Source: Penicillus capitatus (Eukaryota > Plantae > Chlorophyta). From it: a stretch of DNA of 64,000 nucleotides. Position numbers and translations under genes: made by a program. Numbering within the stretch: the first letter of the stretch is position 1; each line of letters opens with the position of its first letter. The notes under the pieces were generated by a model. It worked only from the letters and a program-made list of their open reading frames with translations. It was not told the DNA's origin and ran no database searches. Below, piece by piece: positions 61,584-64,000 of the stretch. The stretch covers positions 1,598,351 through 1,662,350 of the forward strand of contig OZ287697.1 in the NCBI GenBank assembly GCA_965649825.1, written 5' to 3'.

Positions 61584-62813
61584 ATGCACGCGGGTTCCAT
61601 GTGTGGCACGGGTGGGTCGGATCGACTCTTGTCGCTTGAGTTCTGGAACGTCCACGTCGACGCGCCGAGGCGTCTCGGACAGAACGTGCGTCTGGTCGAA
61701 CCTACGCCCACCCGCATTAAGCAACGCAACTGCGAAATCCGGTCGCTGAGGCTCGTCCTCGATGATGGCACGGAAGAACACGTCGTTGCGAAAGACACAC
61801 GACTGCACCGAGCGAAGTTCCTCGACGACGTGCACTACGAACGCACCAAACGCGCATACGAAGTGGAGATACAGTTCTACGAGCATCTGGTCAAGCACCT
61901 CGACGCGACCGACGCCAAAACGGCCAAGTATTACTACGCGTCTGCCAGTCCGGACGCCGCCTTCTTGCTCATCCTCGAAGACCTGAGCCGACAGTGTGAG
62001 ATATCTGATGAAAAGTGTGAGAGACATTGCCAACGCGAGCAACTGAATCTGGCAGAGACGAAGCAGGCACTTGCATGGCTCGCCGATTTTCACGTCGCCT
62101 TCCTGGGCGTCACCGATCCGCACGTCTGGGATCGCGGCGCCTATTGGTCACTCGAGAAGCGCCAGAAAGAGTGGGAACAGATGCAGGAGGAGTGGTCACG
62201 CACCTGTCGCAGTTTCGAGTGCGACTATCCATCGACCTTCAGCCAAGAGAGCGTCCGAGCATTGGCCGGGAACCTGGAAGCGGCAGCCGAGAGACTCCAC
62301 GCAGATCTGGAGCCATCGACGACAAAGCTGCAGACAATGGTCCATGGCGATTTCAAAACGGCCAATCTCTTTTTTCTCTCCCAGGGCGTCGCCGTGTGCG
62401 ACTTTCAGTGGACGGGACCCGGTCTTGGCGTCCTGGACGTGATCTACCTCCTCTACTCCTCTGTCCAACCGAGTGTCGTTTTTAACAGAGAACAGGATCT
62501 GTTGTCCTTTAACTATGAGAGATTTGCAGAGAGAGCGCGTGAGAAGGGACTGGATGTTAAGCGTGTCTATCCCTGGAGTGATTTCAAGCGACACGCAGAG
62601 ACAGCTTTTTTGGACTTTGTTCGATTTTCGATCGGATCGATGTGGGGATCCGTTACGCCCAAGAGCCACGAACGTATGAGCTCGACGATCAACCTCGGAA
62701 TGCATCGACGCAATCCGGAATTTTTGGTGGGAATGGTGAAGAAGGCCGTGGCGCTGCTGTCGGTGTACACTCAGAAGCAGAGCCCTCGGCGTTTCCTCTC
62801 GCCGCATTTCTGA
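61584..62813 (+). CDS. Choline/ecdysteroid-kinase-like (EcKL, APH superfamily) small-molecule kinase
   Basis: Intronless 409-aa ORF with YEVEIQFYE, FLLILEDL, Brenner motif TMVHGDFKTANLFF and CDFQWTGPGLGVLDVIYLL. Confidence 0.85.
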   Translation: MHAGSMCGTGGSDRLLSLEFWNVHVDAPRRLGQNVRLVEPTPTRIKQRNCEIRSLRLVLDDGTEEHVVAKDTRLHRAKFLDDVHYERTKRAYEVEIQFYEHLVKHLDATDAKTAKYYYASASPDAAFLLILEDLSRQCEISDEKCERHCQREQLNLAETKQALAWLADFHVAFLGVTDPHVWDRGAYWSLEKRQKEWEQMQEEWSRTCRSFECDYPSTFSQESVRALAGNLEAAAERLHADLEPSTTKLQTMVHGDFKTANLFFLSQGVAVCDFQWTGPGLGVLDVIYLLYSSVQPSVVFNREQDLLSFNYERFAERAREKGLDVKRVYPWSDFKRHAETAFLDFVRFSIGSMWGSVTPKSHERMSSTINLGMHRRNPEFLVGMVKKAVALLSVYTQKQSPRRFLSPHF

Positions 62814-62862
62814 TTTTTTTCGCCTCGGGAGTCGCACCCGAGAAGCCGATCGTATGTGGATG

Positions 62863-64000
62863 TCACATGTCTTTAAAGATATTGTTGTAAAATCGAAGGC
62901 CGCCTGGTCCGTCGTCTCGACACAGAATCCCTCGCCTCTCTGCCAACAGCAGGTGCTCCTGGGCAATGGTGAGCGGCACACGGAGTGAGGTGGCGATGTC
63001 GATGGGGGATAAGGGACGACTCAAGGCACCGGCCGCCGTTTGCACCATGGCGGCGATTCGATCGCAGACGGCCGTTTCGTCATGAGCCGCCGACTGAATG
63101 ACGCGAACGCCACTCGTAAAGGTCCGCACGGAGAGCGGGATCTTGAGCTTGGGAAAGAGACGGGCCGCTTGAAGCAGGTCGTCCGGCGAAACGAGCTCGG
63201 CGGCGCCTCTGGCTCGGTTGTAGAGGGAGTAGATGTCGAGTAGGGTCATCACGCCGCCCTGCTCTTCCAGACGCGACTCGAGAAAATCGGCGAGCTGGCG
63301 GCAGAGCTGATCGTGATACAGATTCCCGGCAGCTTCTTTCGTCACCGGACTGGTAATGCCCATGCTGATGAGTTCACGGATGGTGTCCTGTTCGGCATCG
63401 GCCTCTTCATCGGAGGCGGTATCCCCGTCGCCGCCGAAACTGGCATAAAACCGATCGGCCAGTTTTACCATCTCCTCCGCTTTGGACATCAACGAATTGA
63501 GATCCTGAAAGGCGTCGTCGAGCGCTCTGCAGAAGCTGGCGTTATATGAGGACGTGTAGAAAGGATGGGGGACTTTGTTGTTTGTTTCTGTTTTTCTTCT
63601 TCGCGTTTGAAGATGTCGCCCAGACCGGATTTGATAATCTTGCGCCGGCCTTCGGTGGTTTCGGTCTCGTTCAGTGGGGCGTCGGCCGAAGTGTCGTGCT
63701 GAAAAGCAATCGCCCAGTCCATCGCTTTTGGCACCGATCGATTCGCCGTTGCCATCAGCGCCCGTATCGCGCGATTCCGTCCGAATCCCATTTCGATCAA
63801 TTGCTGGACGTTGTTGGGATCGACGCCTTTTGGCAGATCTTCTGCGACGGCGGCTGGAGTGGCGGCGCTCTTCCATTTCTCCTCTGCCATTGCCTTTGTC
63901 AAATTCTCGGCGAAGATCGGAGGGATGCCGCTGCGAAACGACAGCCCAATGAACGTCATGCGCGCCGCATCAATGCCGCCTGTCACATCATCACCTCTCG
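62863..64000 (-). CDS. VPS36: ESCRT-II subunit Vps36/EAP45 (5' end beyond window) with an internal UBA domain
   Basis: End of GLUE domain (LSFRSG...FAENLTKAMAEEKW), then AFQDLNSLMSKAEEMVKLA, MGITSPVTK, LYHDQLCRQLADFL, YSLYNRARG, VSPDDLLQA. Intron 63573-63527. The frame is open to the window edge. Confidence 0.9.

Noticed and set aside
1-64000. Bacterial (e.g. chlamydial Pmp) origin of the contig
   Set aside because: Conserved spliceosomal introns, VPS36 and eukaryotic gene structure; no autotransporter beta-barrel is present.

Overview
Eukaryotic nuclear DNA with very short spliceosomal introns (about 43-65 nt, mostly GT-AG) and the standard genetic code. A compact-genome green alga is my best guess; this is inference only. 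The first ~56 kb is an accessory, defence-like island. It holds four paralogous large surface proteins (signal peptide, Pmp-like GGA/FxxN beta-helix repeats, Cys-rich TNFR/ephrin-receptor-like region, multi-pass membrane domain); one is truncated by the window edge and one is pseudogenised. Interleaved with them are three NLR-like STAND NTPases: two convergent NACHT-HEAT genes separated by a perfect 25-bp G-rich minisatellite, and one NB-ARC gene with 15 near-identical 43-aa TPR repeats. All three NLR-like proteins share a ~400-aa N-terminal domain despite different NTPase and sensor modules, which suggests a modular, repeat-diversifying innate immune system. The last ~7 kb is gene-dense and mostly housekeeping-like: an unknown multi-exon protein, an ammonium transporter, a choline/ecdysteroid-kinase-like protein, and VPS36 carrying an inserted UBA domain. 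All exon models were derived by hand and need RNA confirmation.
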